Origin: a virus
Taxonomy: Duplodnaviria; Caudoviricetes
DNA length: 54,067 nt
Direction: 5' to 3' (one strand)
Virus record (IMG/VR): IMGVR_UViG_3300037506_000287
Location: 1-54,067 of that record
A program made the translations under genes and the position numbers. Below, in pieces: positions 7,842 to 17,009 of the stretch. The notes under the pieces were generated by a model. It was given only the letters and a program-made list of their open reading frames with translations, ran no database searches and was not told the DNA's origin. Each line of letters starts with the position of its first letter. Within the stretch, counting starts at the first letter, position 1.

Positions 7842-8608
7842 ATGAACGGGTTTAAGTTCCTATCGAATGGGTGCACTTATTTTCAGGGAGTAGAGACTCA
7901 ATATCTGCTCCCCCGTCCCGGCGAGAAGTGGGGGCCTTGGCTGGAGCACCCTCAGCCCGCCTTGCCAGATGGGAAGGATTGCGGGGAGGGACGTTATCAT
8001 GTCATGAAAAAACTTGACGCATCTTACGCGCCCCAGTCTTGGTGGCCGTGGTTTGCGCAGGCAGAAAATGTAGTGGGGGAGAGTCGTCAGAAATTCTCGG
8101 CTACGCGTATCCGGTTACGCCGGATACGCCGCGACACGTTCTGGTACTTGATCCGGCGCGGATACCTCCGCGGGGCCAACCTGTACGGGGCCGACCTGCG
8201 CGATGCCGACCTGAGCGGGGCAAACCTGCACGGGGCAAACCTGAACGAGGCAAACCTGTACGGGGCCAACCTGCGCGAGGCCGACCTGAGCGGGGCCTCC
8301 CTGCACGGGGCAAACCTGCGCGGATACCTCCGCGGGGCCGACCTGCGCGAGGCCGACCTGAGCGGGGCAAACCTGCGCAGGGCCGACCTGAGCGAGGCCG
8401 ACCTGAGCGGGGCCGACCTGAGTGGAGCAAACCTGCACGGGGCAAACCTGCACGGGGCAAACCTGCACGGGGCAAACCTGCGCAGGGCCGACCTGAGCGA
8501 GGCCGACCTGAGCGGGGCAAACCTGCACGGGGCCGACCTGACCTGTACGGGGCCGACCTGCGCGAGGCCGACCTGAGCGGGGCCGACATGTGGAATGTAA
8601 GGCGATGA
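7842..8608 (+). CDS. pentapeptide-repeat protein with a frameshift near the 3' end
   Basis: Long run of A(D/N)Lxx repeats; ACCTG duplication at ~8536-8545 moves the final repeats into the frame ending at 8608. Confidence 0.85.
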
Positions 8609-9006
8609 AACCGGAACGTTGGTATAGGTGGCGCAATGCTCAGATTCGAGGAAAGGCGCGTAAAGCGCTCGAACATCCCGGCCTGCTACGCACTCGACTG
8701 CGGGACGCATTGCGTCGTTTGCAGGTGATTGTAATCGAGTATGAGTCGAGGGTAACCGATGCAAGGGGGTTGGATTGGTACTATGACGCGCTAATCGAGT
8801 CGCGCGGGCAACGTGCCTATATCGATCTGCATGTGACTGAGATAGCTGGTGCGAAGAAGACCAACCTCATGCGTGATCAGTGGAAGCGTAAGGCCCTGGC
8901 TGCCTCCCCGGTGCCCGTCATCGGACTGGAGAGGCGTAAGACGGAGGAAATGATGGCCGATATAACCAGGGAACTCATCCGCATCCGACTGAGCCCTAAA
9001 AAGTAA
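8605..9006 (+). CDS. hypothetical protein, possible restriction-endonuclease-like (DUF559-like) fold
   Basis: ATGA overlap; YDALI...YIDLH...RDQWK...PVIGL pattern. Confidence 0.55.
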   Translation: MKPERWYRWRNAQIRGKARKALEHPGLLRTRLRDALRRLQVIVIEYESRVTDARGLDWYYDALIESRGQRAYIDLHVTEIAGAKKTNLMRDQWKRKALAASPVPVIGLERRKTEEMMADITRELIRIRLSPKK

Positions 9007-9063
9007 GACGCGGAATAGCGCCCACCGCTGAACTGATAAGGGCGACTAAAAGGACAAATCTGT

Positions 9064-9405
9064 ATGGTCTACCTGCTCCACCTCACCCAAGTCATGCCGC
9101 GCGGTATAGCCCGCAACGGCAAGCCGTTACAAGCCGGCCATTACGTCGGTTACACCCAACTTAATCTTGAGCTAAGGCTGACACACCACCGCAACGGTAC
9201 GGGCGCACGCATGTTGCAGGTGTGCCGGGAACGGGGCGGAGATTGGGTCGTGGCGAGGGTGTGGCCGGATGGGGATAGAGTGTGGGAGCGTCGAATCAAA
9301 CGACAGAAAAACGCCGCTCGCCTATGCCCGATATGTGCGGGCGAGGCTGCCCTTCGCAGACTGAAAGGAACTGGCGGGATGCCAAAGTCGCCACCGCTTA
9401 TCTGA
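9064..9405 (+). CDS. GIY-YIG superfamily nuclease
   Basis: VYLLH...HYVGYT...RL..HR.G.GAR...ERRIK...CPIC. Confidence 0.75.
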   Translation: MVYLLHLTQVMPRGIARNGKPLQAGHYVGYTQLNLELRLTHHRNGTGARMLQVCRERGGDWVVARVWPDGDRVWERRIKRQKNAARLCPICAGEAALRRLKGTGGMPKSPPLI

Positions 9406-9434
9406 GAGTCCTAAATGAAACCAGGAGAAAGGCA

Positions 9435-9695
9435 ATGATAATCGGTATTGGCACACCCCGGACTGTTGTGGATGAGTATCTCCGACTAATAGGGGAAGAG
9501 TGGAAACCTGACGGTCTGTGGAAATGCCTGTGCGGACTGGTGCAAAGCGGAGAGTTATTGCAGATTGTGTATGAGGGCGACTTGATTCACCACTACGAAT
9601 GTTCGCAGTACGGATGCGCCGGCAGGGTTACAGCGGAGGAAGACTCAGCCCCCCACCCTGCCCCGGTATCGGCGGTATCCCTCCCGGAGGGGTAG
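9435..9695 (+). CDS. hypothetical Cys-containing protein
   Basis: AGGAG RBS, ATG 9435. Confidence 0.5.
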   Translation: MIIGIGTPRTVVDEYLRLIGEEWKPDGLWKCLCGLVQSGELLQIVYEGDLIHHYECSQYGCAGRVTAEEDSAPHPAPVSAVSLPEG

Positions 9696-9843
9696 GTGCA
9701 ACCGACTGCCTTTCGGTGGGCATCAGTTCCATCAGGTCAATGCCGTGCTCCTCGGCAATCCTGACTATCTGTGCCATCAGGTTTCGTAACATCGAGACGG
9801 TAGCTTCGCGGTCGTCACCCTTGGACGGTTGATTGGGTAGCAT
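9628..9843 (-). CDS. lone antisense small protein with helical N-terminus and Pro/Gly tail
   Basis: GGAG RBS, ATG 9843, own promoter and leader hairpin. Confidence 0.65.
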   Translation of the reverse strand: MLPNQPSKGDDREATVSMLRNLMAQIVRIAEEHGIDLMELMPTERQSVAPTPPGGIPPIPGQGGGLSLPPL

Positions 9844-9855
9844 GGCATTCTCCAA

Positions 9856-9901
9856 CATGCAGACGAGTGGTGAAAGGAAGAAAACCCCACTCGTCTGCAT
9901 G
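9856..9901 (-). promoter_or_regulatory. 15-bp perfect-stem hairpin in the 5' leader of the antisense gene
   Basis: CATGCAGACGAGTGG...CCACTCGTCTGCATG with a 16-nt loop. Confidence 0.7.
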
Positions 9902-9909
9902 ATGGGAAC

Positions 9910-9938
9910 ATTGTAAGGAAGACCGAAGGAAATCGCAA
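9910..9938 (-). promoter_or_regulatory. sigma70-type promoter
   Basis: TTGCGA-N17-TACAAT on the minus strand. Confidence 0.65.
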
Positions 9939-9950
9939 ACGAGGGAACCA

Positions 9951-10283
9951 ATGCACACTCTAACCACAATCTACAAACTAAAATCGCTGTACTACAGATG
10001 TGGCGATAATCTGTACAGCCATCTCGGGGAGAAAGAGTGCGCCAATTGCGGGTCACCTCTGCTCACCCCTCCCGACCTATGGCCCCCGGTTGTGCGACTG
10101 GCGATGGGATGGGATCGGTCGAGCTACATTGCTGACGTAGATCACCTAACCGATGTTGACCGGTGGGGGCTAATCCTCGCATTCGAGAAAGGTTTACTCG
10201 AACGAGCTATGGTGACAATTGAGGGTACGTTTCTCGTTGTGTACGCCCGTCGTCAGTGGTTTGACCTGGGTTACTATCGATGA
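9951..10283 (+). CDS. Zn-ribbon hypothetical protein
   Basis: GAGGG RBS; RCG...CANC. Confidence 0.6.
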   Translation: MHTLTTIYKLKSLYYRCGDNLYSHLGEKECANCGSPLLTPPDLWPPVVRLAMGWDRSSYIADVDHLTDVDRWGLILAFEKGLLERAMVTIEGTFLVVYARRQWFDLGYYR

Positions 10284-10723
10284 ACCCTAACCAAGACTAT
10301 CCATCACATGCCGACGGGCCGGATAAAATAACGCCACCAATGAACCGCCGCCAGTTCCTAAAACTCTCCACTCTCCTGACCGGTTTGTCGTTGATCCCTA
10401 TACTGCCGAGGATATCACCGGCCTTGGAACTCCGCGGGGAATGGGAAATCATCAGCCTGATGTACACTCCGACATTCCAGGAGGCGTGGCTGACCGTTAT
10501 CGTGGATGGAGACGTGAAGATCAGATGGAATGGAAGGCAGGGCACGGCGGTTAGTATGGCTGGGCCGTTGGAGGTGGCGCAGTCGTTTGAGATACGCGCC
10601 GCCGAGGGAGAATTGCAAGTCAGCTCTCGACAGGTAGAAGGCAGATTTATCCGGCTGCGAGTAGACCGCTTTATCATCCCTACCTGTCAAGCCTTCCTGC
10701 CCATCGTCAGTAGAGACGATTGA
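10280..10723 (+). CDS. putative Tat-exported protein (start may be 10340)
   Basis: NRRQFLK twin-arginine motif plus hydrophobic stretch; C-terminal FLPIVSR. Confidence 0.65.
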   Translation: MNPNQDYPSHADGPDKITPPMNRRQFLKLSTLLTGLSLIPILPRISPALELRGEWEIISLMYTPTFQEAWLTVIVDGDVKIRWNGRQGTAVSMAGPLEVAQSFEIRAAEGELQVSSRQVEGRFIRLRVDRFIIPTCQAFLPIVSRDD

Positions 10724-10724
10724 T

Positions 10725-10997
10725 ATGGATAATCTCCGCGCCGAGATTGCGGCGCGGTATCGAGGTCGGTGCGTAGTGTGTCTTCGGCCTGCGAGCGATG
10801 TGCATGAGATAGTCCCTCGCTCGCAAGGCGGGAAAGTCGATTTGGAGAACAGTGTGACGTTGTGCCGGGAATGTCACACGGAAGTTCATGAGACCGGCAC
10901 AAGACTCTCATATGATTTGTTGCGCGAGCGGGCTGCGAAAGTGCTCGCAGGTATCAATGAAGAAAGTCACTCTCAACTCCAACCGTATAACGATTGA
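10725..10997 (+). CDS. HNH endonuclease
   Basis: CVVC...VHEIVPRSQGG...N...LCRECH..VH. Confidence 0.85.
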   Translation: MDNLRAEIAARYRGRCVVCLRPASDVHEIVPRSQGGKVDLENSVTLCRECHTEVHETGTRLSYDLLRERAAKVLAGINEESHSQLQPYND

Positions 10998-12549
10998 GTT
11001 CTTATACTCAGCGCCTCTGGTCGCTGCGGTCAAGACCCTGCCTGACCGTCGGTGGAGCCCAACTACAAAGGCGTGGTCAACGCCGGTCTCTGCCTATCAC
11101 GCCCGGCGAATTGTGGAAGTGCTCGGCCCCCTCGGATTTGTCATCCCCAAGGAAATCCTAGACCTGACGACCGGGCCGACCGTCCCTCAGGTAGATCGCG
11201 CGGCTATCGAGAAAGCCTTTCCCGACCTGCACTCCTATCAGGTCGATAACGTAGTGAAGTGCCTCGAATGCCGGGGCCGCTACCTCAACGCCGATGACAT
11301 GGGGCTTGGCAAAACTTTCACCACCATCGCGTCGCTGGCGATGCTGGGCTGGCCGACTACCATCGTCGTGTGTCTATCGTCCGTGCTGTACAACTGGCAG
11401 GACGAGATCGAACTGTGGGGCGGTAAGAAGGCGGCAGTATTGCCGGCGCAAGGAGTCAGCCCCATCTCCATCTGCTCTTTCGATTATGCCCGGGCGAACG
11501 GCGAACGGCTGGCCGGCCAATTCGAGTGTGTAGTTGTGGACGAGTGTCAGAACATCAAGAACCCCAAGGCCGGACGTACTCAAGGGGTGCAGGCGTTGGC
11601 CCGCAAAGCCAAATACTTTCTGCCTCTCAGTGGCACCCCCATGCTCAACCGACCCATAGAACTGTGGCCGACACTCAATCTCATCGATCCGTCTGGTTAC
11701 AACAGCATATTCCAATTTGGTCTACGCTATGCAGACGGGAAGCAGAAGTCGGTAGGTCGAGGCAAGCTGGTGTGGGACTTCAACGGGGCGAGCAATCAGG
11801 CCGAATTGAAGCAACGTTTGGAACCGATCATGGCCCGCCACACCAAGGCCGACTCCGGCGTTCAATTGCCCGAGGTCATTCGCACCAAGTTGCGCGTTGA
11901 GTACCCCGCCGAGATTAAACACCAAATGAATGAGGCGAGCCGGAACATCGTCGCCTATCTACGCGAGACCGGGGGACGGTGGAAGGGTGCGGAGAAAGCC
12001 GAGACCCTTGTTTTGATAAATCAGTTGCGGCGTCTGGCCGGCAAAGGCAAGGTCTCTCACGCTATCGAGCAAGCCGTCAACCTGCTGGAACAAGACCAAG
12101 CGGTTGTGATGTATTGCCAGCATCGGGACATCGTACAGACTTGTGCCGATGCGCTGAACGAGTATCGAGTGGGCGTCATCACCGGCGACGTGCCGGCCGT
12201 GGAACGAAAGCGACTGACCGACGAGTTTCAATCCGGTTCGCTGGACGTGATGATTATCACGGACGCCGGTGGAGTGGGGATCAACCTGTATCGGGCCAGC
12301 CATATCATCACGGTCGAACGGGACTGGGTACCGGCCAATGAAGAACAGGCCGAGAGTCGTCTGCATCGCCTCGGCCAGAAGAACACCGTCAATAATTGGA
12401 TACTGGTCGGCGGCGGGTTCGATACCAGCCTCGACCGACTGATCGACTCGAAGCGGGCAATTTTCAGGAACCTGCTTGGGCAGGATGAAGTCCCGACCCT
12501 GCTGAAAGACCTGATTGAATTGGAGTTCGGCGTGGAATTGATTGAATGA
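10957..12549 (+). CDS. SNF2-family helicase with HARP-like N-terminus
   Basis: DDMGLGKT, DECQ, LSGTPMLNRP, QAESRLHRLGQ; N-terminal VKTLPDRRWSP..KAW. Confidence 0.9.
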   Translation: MKKVTLNSNRITIEFLYSAPLVAAVKTLPDRRWSPTTKAWSTPVSAYHARRIVEVLGPLGFVIPKEILDLTTGPTVPQVDRAAIEKAFPDLHSYQVDNVVKCLECRGRYLNADDMGLGKTFTTIASLAMLGWPTTIVVCLSSVLYNWQDEIELWGGKKAAVLPAQGVSPISICSFDYARANGERLAGQFECVVVDECQNIKNPKAGRTQGVQALARKAKYFLPLSGTPMLNRPIELWPTLNLIDPSGYNSIFQFGLRYADGKQKSVGRGKLVWDFNGASNQAELKQRLEPIMARHTKADSGVQLPEVIRTKLRVEYPAEIKHQMNEASRNIVAYLRETGGRWKGAEKAETLVLINQLRRLAGKGKVSHAIEQAVNLLEQDQAVVMYCQHRDIVQTCADALNEYRVGVITGDVPAVERKRLTDEFQSGSLDVMIITDAGGVGINLYRASHIITVERDWVPANEEQAESRLHRLGQKNTVNNWILVGGGFDTSLDRLIDSKRAIFRNLLGQDEVPTLLKDLIELEFGVELIE

Positions 12550-12561
12550 AAGGAGATTGCG

Positions 12562-12813
12562 TTGGCAAAGATCATCGCCCGATTACGGGAGACACGCACC
12601 GACCGTACAGACTATCGCAAGTATCAGCCGATTTTTGAGTTCGAGAAAGTCTTTCTCGAACTGGAGGTAAAGGAGGTTAAACCAAAGATCGTCGAATGGA
12701 ATGGGCAGGAGGTTGAGGGTATCGTCTTAACCCTCAAAGGCTTGGAGGCGTTGTTGGAATTAACCGCCGCCGCTGTAGATCGGGTGCAAGAAAAGCACCT
12801 GAATTCACTCTGA
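12562..12813 (+). CDS. hypothetical protein
   Basis: AGGAG RBS, TTG start. Confidence 0.65.
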   Translation: MAKIIARLRETRTDRTDYRKYQPIFEFEKVFLELEVKEVKPKIVEWNGQEVEGIVLTLKGLEALLELTAAAVDRVQEKHLNSL

Positions 12814-12828
12814 AAGGATCAATCTGAA

Positions 12829-13626
12829 ATGAAATCGAGAATCAGCAAGACACATTATTTGAGGGGGACGGCCACCCTCAAGAAAACTTCATTTGGAACG
12901 TGGGCAGTGCGTATCGCCTACGAGGAGAATGGCCGCTCGGTGACGAAAACGCTGGAGTTGGGTCGCAAGGACGTACCCGAAAATATGATGGAAGGGGAGT
13001 TCTACGTATCACTCAAATCCGACGGCACCCGACTGTACGACCTCCGTCCCACGGATGGAGTCTACATTGGGATGTTCTCCGGGTTCCAACGCAAGAAAGA
13101 CCCCAAGGGCGGGATGTTGCCGCCCGAACCAAGGCTCGACCCGGGGGGAGAGCGCGCTTCTAAAGACGGCAACGGCACTTGGTTTGCCGAGCCTAGAAAG
13201 ACGGCGACCGCGCTCTTCCGCATCACGCGCGGCCAGTTCAAAGGGCTGGAGGTCTCGGCCTTCGTGCCCTACATCTTCGTCCTCGACGAAGAGACCGGGA
13301 TGTGCCTGATTGAGGGGCGCAAAGGCGAGGTCGATCAGGTCAACGAATTTATCCAGTTCACCTACGGCAGCGATGAAATCTACATCCCGTTCTCTGCCAA
13401 CGTCCTGCCTGATCTGGAACCCATGCTGCAAGACGTCGAGCAGGAAATCCAGTTGGAGGTGGTGAATGGAATAGTGAGAAAGTTCATACCGATGGCCGAC
13501 GACGACCGGCCCAAGGTGAAGGCCAAAGTCAAGGCGAAGGTCAAGAAAGATAAATTGGAGGCCGACGACTTCAAGGCCAAGCCGGTCAAAGCCACCGTCG
13601 TGTCGCGCACCCCCGCCCGGCGATGA
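12829..13626 (+). CDS. putative ssDNA-binding/replication protein
   Basis: Beta-rich, located between helicase and primase, Lys-rich tail; function inferred from position only. Confidence 0.45.
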   Translation: MKSRISKTHYLRGTATLKKTSFGTWAVRIAYEENGRSVTKTLELGRKDVPENMMEGEFYVSLKSDGTRLYDLRPTDGVYIGMFSGFQRKKDPKGGMLPPEPRLDPGGERASKDGNGTWFAEPRKTATALFRITRGQFKGLEVSAFVPYIFVLDEETGMCLIEGRKGEVDQVNEFIQFTYGSDEIYIPFSANVLPDLEPMLQDVEQEIQLEVVNGIVRKFIPMADDDRPKVKAKVKAKVKKDKLEADDFKAKPVKATVVSRTPARR

Positions 13627-14525
13627 GCACCTACGAGGACTTCATCCGGTATGCCGATAGCCGCTCGCGTGCGAGCGGCTATCTGATGGTGAAGTGCCCC
13701 TACCATGACGACAGCACAGCTTCTCTCGCCGTCCGCACTAACGGCGGCTGGCGATGCTACGGCTGCGGACTGCGCGGGACGTGGGAACCTCTGCTGAAAG
13801 ACCTGAGGGATGGGGCCAGTTCAGCGAAGATAGTGGAGAAGAAAGAGAGTGTTGTCTCTGCTTCTCGGCCCATCATCCCCGAAGGGCAGGAAGCCCGACT
13901 GGCGTTCATGCGTCAGGCCCACCGAACTCTGATCGACCGCACCTATGCGCGTCGGTACCTCGACGAACGGGGGGTCAATGGCGCTATCGAGACGAGCTAC
14001 CTCGGCTGGCATCAGGGCTGGATCGTCATCCCTATCGGAGATGTGGTGTATATGGAGAACAGCAACACGGCCCGCATCCGTCACGTCGACGGACTGGTGA
14101 TGCGGGCCACGCCTCTGGTCGAGGGGGCAACCGGGATGCGCTTCCACATCATCGCCGGGCAGAAGCCAATCCTTCTCACTAACGACCGTAACCATTCGGA
14201 GGACTATCTCTTCGTCGTCTTCGGCCTCTTCGACTATCTGTCACTAGACGCGTTGGGTTACCCGGTCGCCACTCCCACGTGCGGCAAACTATCTCTGCTG
14301 GTGGATGACCTGCCCAAACACAAACGGGTCATCCTCATCCCTGACGAGGGGGAGGAGACGGAGGCTTTTGAATACCGAAGGCGGATCGGGCCGTCCGCCG
14401 ACGTGTTATTGCTCAAATACCCCTGCAAATGCAAAGACCCTAATGATTTACTGAGATCGAACGGGGGAGTGTGGTCATTGACGTACCAGTTGAACCGATA
14501 CCTAGACAAAGGGAAGGTGAAGTGA
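13623..14525 (+). CDS. DNA primase (CHC2 Zn finger + TOPRIM-like)
   Basis: CPYHDD..AS...CYGC; YLDERG; IPDEGE; KDPND. Confidence 0.8.
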   Translation: MSTYEDFIRYADSRSRASGYLMVKCPYHDDSTASLAVRTNGGWRCYGCGLRGTWEPLLKDLRDGASSAKIVEKKESVVSASRPIIPEGQEARLAFMRQAHRTLIDRTYARRYLDERGVNGAIETSYLGWHQGWIVIPIGDVVYMENSNTARIRHVDGLVMRATPLVEGATGMRFHIIAGQKPILLTNDRNHSEDYLFVVFGLFDYLSLDALGYPVATPTCGKLSLLVDDLPKHKRVILIPDEGEETEAFEYRRRIGPSADVLLLKYPCKCKDPNDLLRSNGGVWSLTYQLNRYLDKGKVK

Positions 14526-16204
14526 CCCCCGATACCCTCTCCTACGTCATCGGCCCGCCGCCGTTTGAGGCGTACGCAGACGAGCCGTACGCTTTGGACT
14601 ACGAAATCTACAACCAGGGGCCGCGCTTGCACCGGCCTGACGGCGATTTCGCGTTGCTCTCCATCGCTGCGCGTGGGCAAGTGTATGTCAGTCTCGACAA
14701 GCAGGACGCGCGCACGGCGGCCGAGCGGATGCGAGCGGGACGGGCAGTGATGCACAATGCTTTGTACGACTTGCGCTACCACCGCCAGTTCGGGTTTCCA
14801 CAACCCGACGATATTGCCGATACCCTGCTGCTAGAGCGGGTCAAGTTCAATGGGCTATACAACGCTTTCGGGTTAGATGACCTGGCCCGGCGGCATCTCG
14901 GCCTGAGAATGAATAAGAGCGTCCGAGATCGGTTCGTCAAAGGTGACGCGATAGATGATGAGATGATTCGCTATGCCGCCTTTGACGCTGTAGTGACATT
15001 GGAGGTGTTTCAAAGGCAACTCGGTCTCAATGAAGGCAGTGATGACGACCGTCAAGACTTCCGACTCTTCGAGAAGATTGAGAAGCCGATGATTTCGGCG
15101 ATCCTCGACATGCCGCCTATCCGTTTGGAGAGTCGGCGGTGGTTGGAACTGGCCAAACGAGAGAAGGCCAAGGCGTTACGATTGGAACGGGAGTTGGGTT
15201 TCAATCCCCGGTCTCCAGTGCAAGTGAGAGACGTGTTGATGGCACGTCACGGCCTGACGCTGGAAAGCACTGCCGAGAAAGTGATCGAGAAATTTCGAAA
15301 CGATTACCCCGAGATCGAGGCCATCCTCGACTGTCGAGGCGCAAGCAGAAACGCGTCCACCTACGGTGAAAACTGGATTGAGGAGTTCCTCGAGGACGGC
15401 TATGTGTATGCGGGGTGGTCGGTGATCGGGGCCAGCACCAGTCGCATGAGCAGCAGCGAGCCGAACTTGCAGAACATCCCCGTCCGCAAGACCCCGGAGT
15501 ACCGGGAGTGTTTCATCGCCAGTCCCAATCACAACATGGTGTCAGTGGATGTCAGCCAGCAGGAACCGCGCGTCCTGGCATATCTGTCGGGGGACAAGGG
15601 ACTGCTCGCCAATTTCCAGACCGGGAAGAACTGTCACCTGTTGGTGGCCGAGGATGTGTATGGCCGTCCTGTTCAAAAAGATGAGGACGAATACAAATTC
15701 GCCAAGAGCGTGAACCTCGGCATCGGCTACGGGCTGACCCCGGAGGGGCTGGTACAACGAAGTTCGGCTACCCTCGCGCAGGCGGAGTATGTCATCCATC
15801 GTTACTTCGAGCGGTATCCCGGCGTGCCGCTGTACATCAACCGGTATCGGCGTTTTGCGAAGGAACACGGTTTCACGCGGAGTCCCACCGGGCGGCGCAT
15901 CTATATCAACCCCTACATCCGCAAGAGTGAGAACAACGCCATCAACAATCCCATCCAATGCGGCGCGGCGGAGGCGACCAAGCTCGCCGTCGGTTACTTC
16001 CATCGAGAATGTCAGGCCCGAGGCTGGCCCTACCGTATCGTTGCTTTGGTGCACGACGAGGTAGTGGCGGATGTGCCGAATCGATTGACCAAACCATACG
16101 TCGCCCTAATCCAGGAATGCTTGCGGCTGGCAGCGAATGAAATCATCCCCGACATCCCGTTCGGGTCTGACTACCACATCGGGTCGAGTTGGTCGGAGGT
16201 TTAG
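14522..16204 (+). CDS. polA: family A DNA polymerase with 3'-5' exonuclease
   Basis: DYE, HNALYD, YAAFDA exonuclease motifs; SSSEPNLQNIP, DVSQQEPR, KSVNLGIGYG, VHDE. Confidence 0.95.
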   Translation: MTPDTLSYVIGPPPFEAYADEPYALDYEIYNQGPRLHRPDGDFALLSIAARGQVYVSLDKQDARTAAERMRAGRAVMHNALYDLRYHRQFGFPQPDDIADTLLLERVKFNGLYNAFGLDDLARRHLGLRMNKSVRDRFVKGDAIDDEMIRYAAFDAVVTLEVFQRQLGLNEGSDDDRQDFRLFEKIEKPMISAILDMPPIRLESRRWLELAKREKAKALRLERELGFNPRSPVQVRDVLMARHGLTLESTAEKVIEKFRNDYPEIEAILDCRGASRNASTYGENWIEEFLEDGYVYAGWSVIGASTSRMSSSEPNLQNIPVRKTPEYRECFIASPNHNMVSVDVSQQEPRVLAYLSGDKGLLANFQTGKNCHLLVAEDVYGRPVQKDEDEYKFAKSVNLGIGYGLTPEGLVQRSSATLAQAEYVIHRYFERYPGVPLYINRYRRFAKEHGFTRSPTGRRIYINPYIRKSENNAINNPIQCGAAEATKLAVGYFHRECQARGWPYRIVALVHDEVVADVPNRLTKPYVALIQECLRLAANEIIPDIPFGSDYHIGSSWSEV

Positions 16205-16723
16205 ATGCAATGCCCTGCGTGTAATGCGCCGTCCATCCCGACTCTTGGGCCGGTCTCGTCGAAGCTCCTCATCATCGGAGAGTATTGCGGGGAGCATGAG
16301 ATGAAGCACGGCGAGCCTTTCGCCGGGCCAGCCGGCTATGTGCTGGAGGAAGAGTTGAAGCGTCTCGGCTGGAAGTTCAGCGACTTCCGCATCACGAACC
16401 TGTGGCCGCACCCCAAGCCCGACCTCAAAGGAAAGGGAGCCGCCGCCCTCGCGGCGCTGGATTCCAGTCGCCGGTTTCATGCTCGGCGGTTGTCAGCCGA
16501 AATCACGGGCAAGCGGGGCGTCCTGCTGTTGGGATCGGATGTGGTCTCTTACTACCTTAACGCTCCGGTAGGAGATGTGAGCGGTCTGGTGCTGACGGAT
16601 GTCTTTGCCAGGAAGATCGTAGTGCCAACGTACAACCCCGCCGCACTGCTACAAGAGGACAGTGTAGCGGGAGAATTCAGGCATGCCTTGGAGGTGTTCC
16701 ATGCAACAATGGCTAAGAAGTAG
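16205..16723 (+). CDS. uracil-DNA glycosylase family 4-like protein
   Basis: IIGE..G..E...GEPFAGPAG, ITN, LLLG, PTYNPAALL. Confidence 0.85.
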   Translation: MQCPACNAPSIPTLGPVSSKLLIIGEYCGEHEMKHGEPFAGPAGYVLEEELKRLGWKFSDFRITNLWPHPKPDLKGKGAAALAALDSSRRFHARRLSAEITGKRGVLLLGSDVVSYYLNAPVGDVSGLVLTDVFARKIVVPTYNPAALLQEDSVAGEFRHALEVFHATMAKK

Positions 16724-17009
16724 ATTGAGACAGTGGTTGGGGATCGACCAGGAACTGTCCGACATCCGCCAATGGATGATCGGACAAACCGTGACTGCCG
16801 CCGATGTCAGCACCACCGGGCGACAATCCGTAGTGGTAATCGCTACCCGTTTACACGGCGGGCGGGTAGAGATTGTGCCGGTGCAGTGGGACACCATCAG
16901 GCAGTACGAAGAGTTTGTGAGGCAAGTTCGCTTGGTCATCGGGGTCGGACAAGACTACTTGGACGCGCCCGGCATGACCTTCTTCCAAGGAGAATCCAAA
17001 CATGATTAA
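16701..17009 (+). CDS. hypothetical protein
   Basis: GGAGGT RBS, ATG 16701. Confidence 0.6.
   Translation: MQQWLRSRLRQWLGIDQELSDIRQWMIGQTVTAADVSTTGRQSVVVIATRLHGGRVEIVPVQWDTIRQYEEFVRQVRLVIGVGQDYLDAPGMTFFQGESKHD

Noticed and set aside
7842-8608. Diversity-generating retroelement
   Set aside because: No reverse transcriptase and no adenine-specific TR/VR pair seen.
8039-8764. Alternative-frame repetitive ORFs (RGRP, AQVG, RSAP)
   Set aside because: Shadows of the 15-nt pentapeptide repeat DNA.
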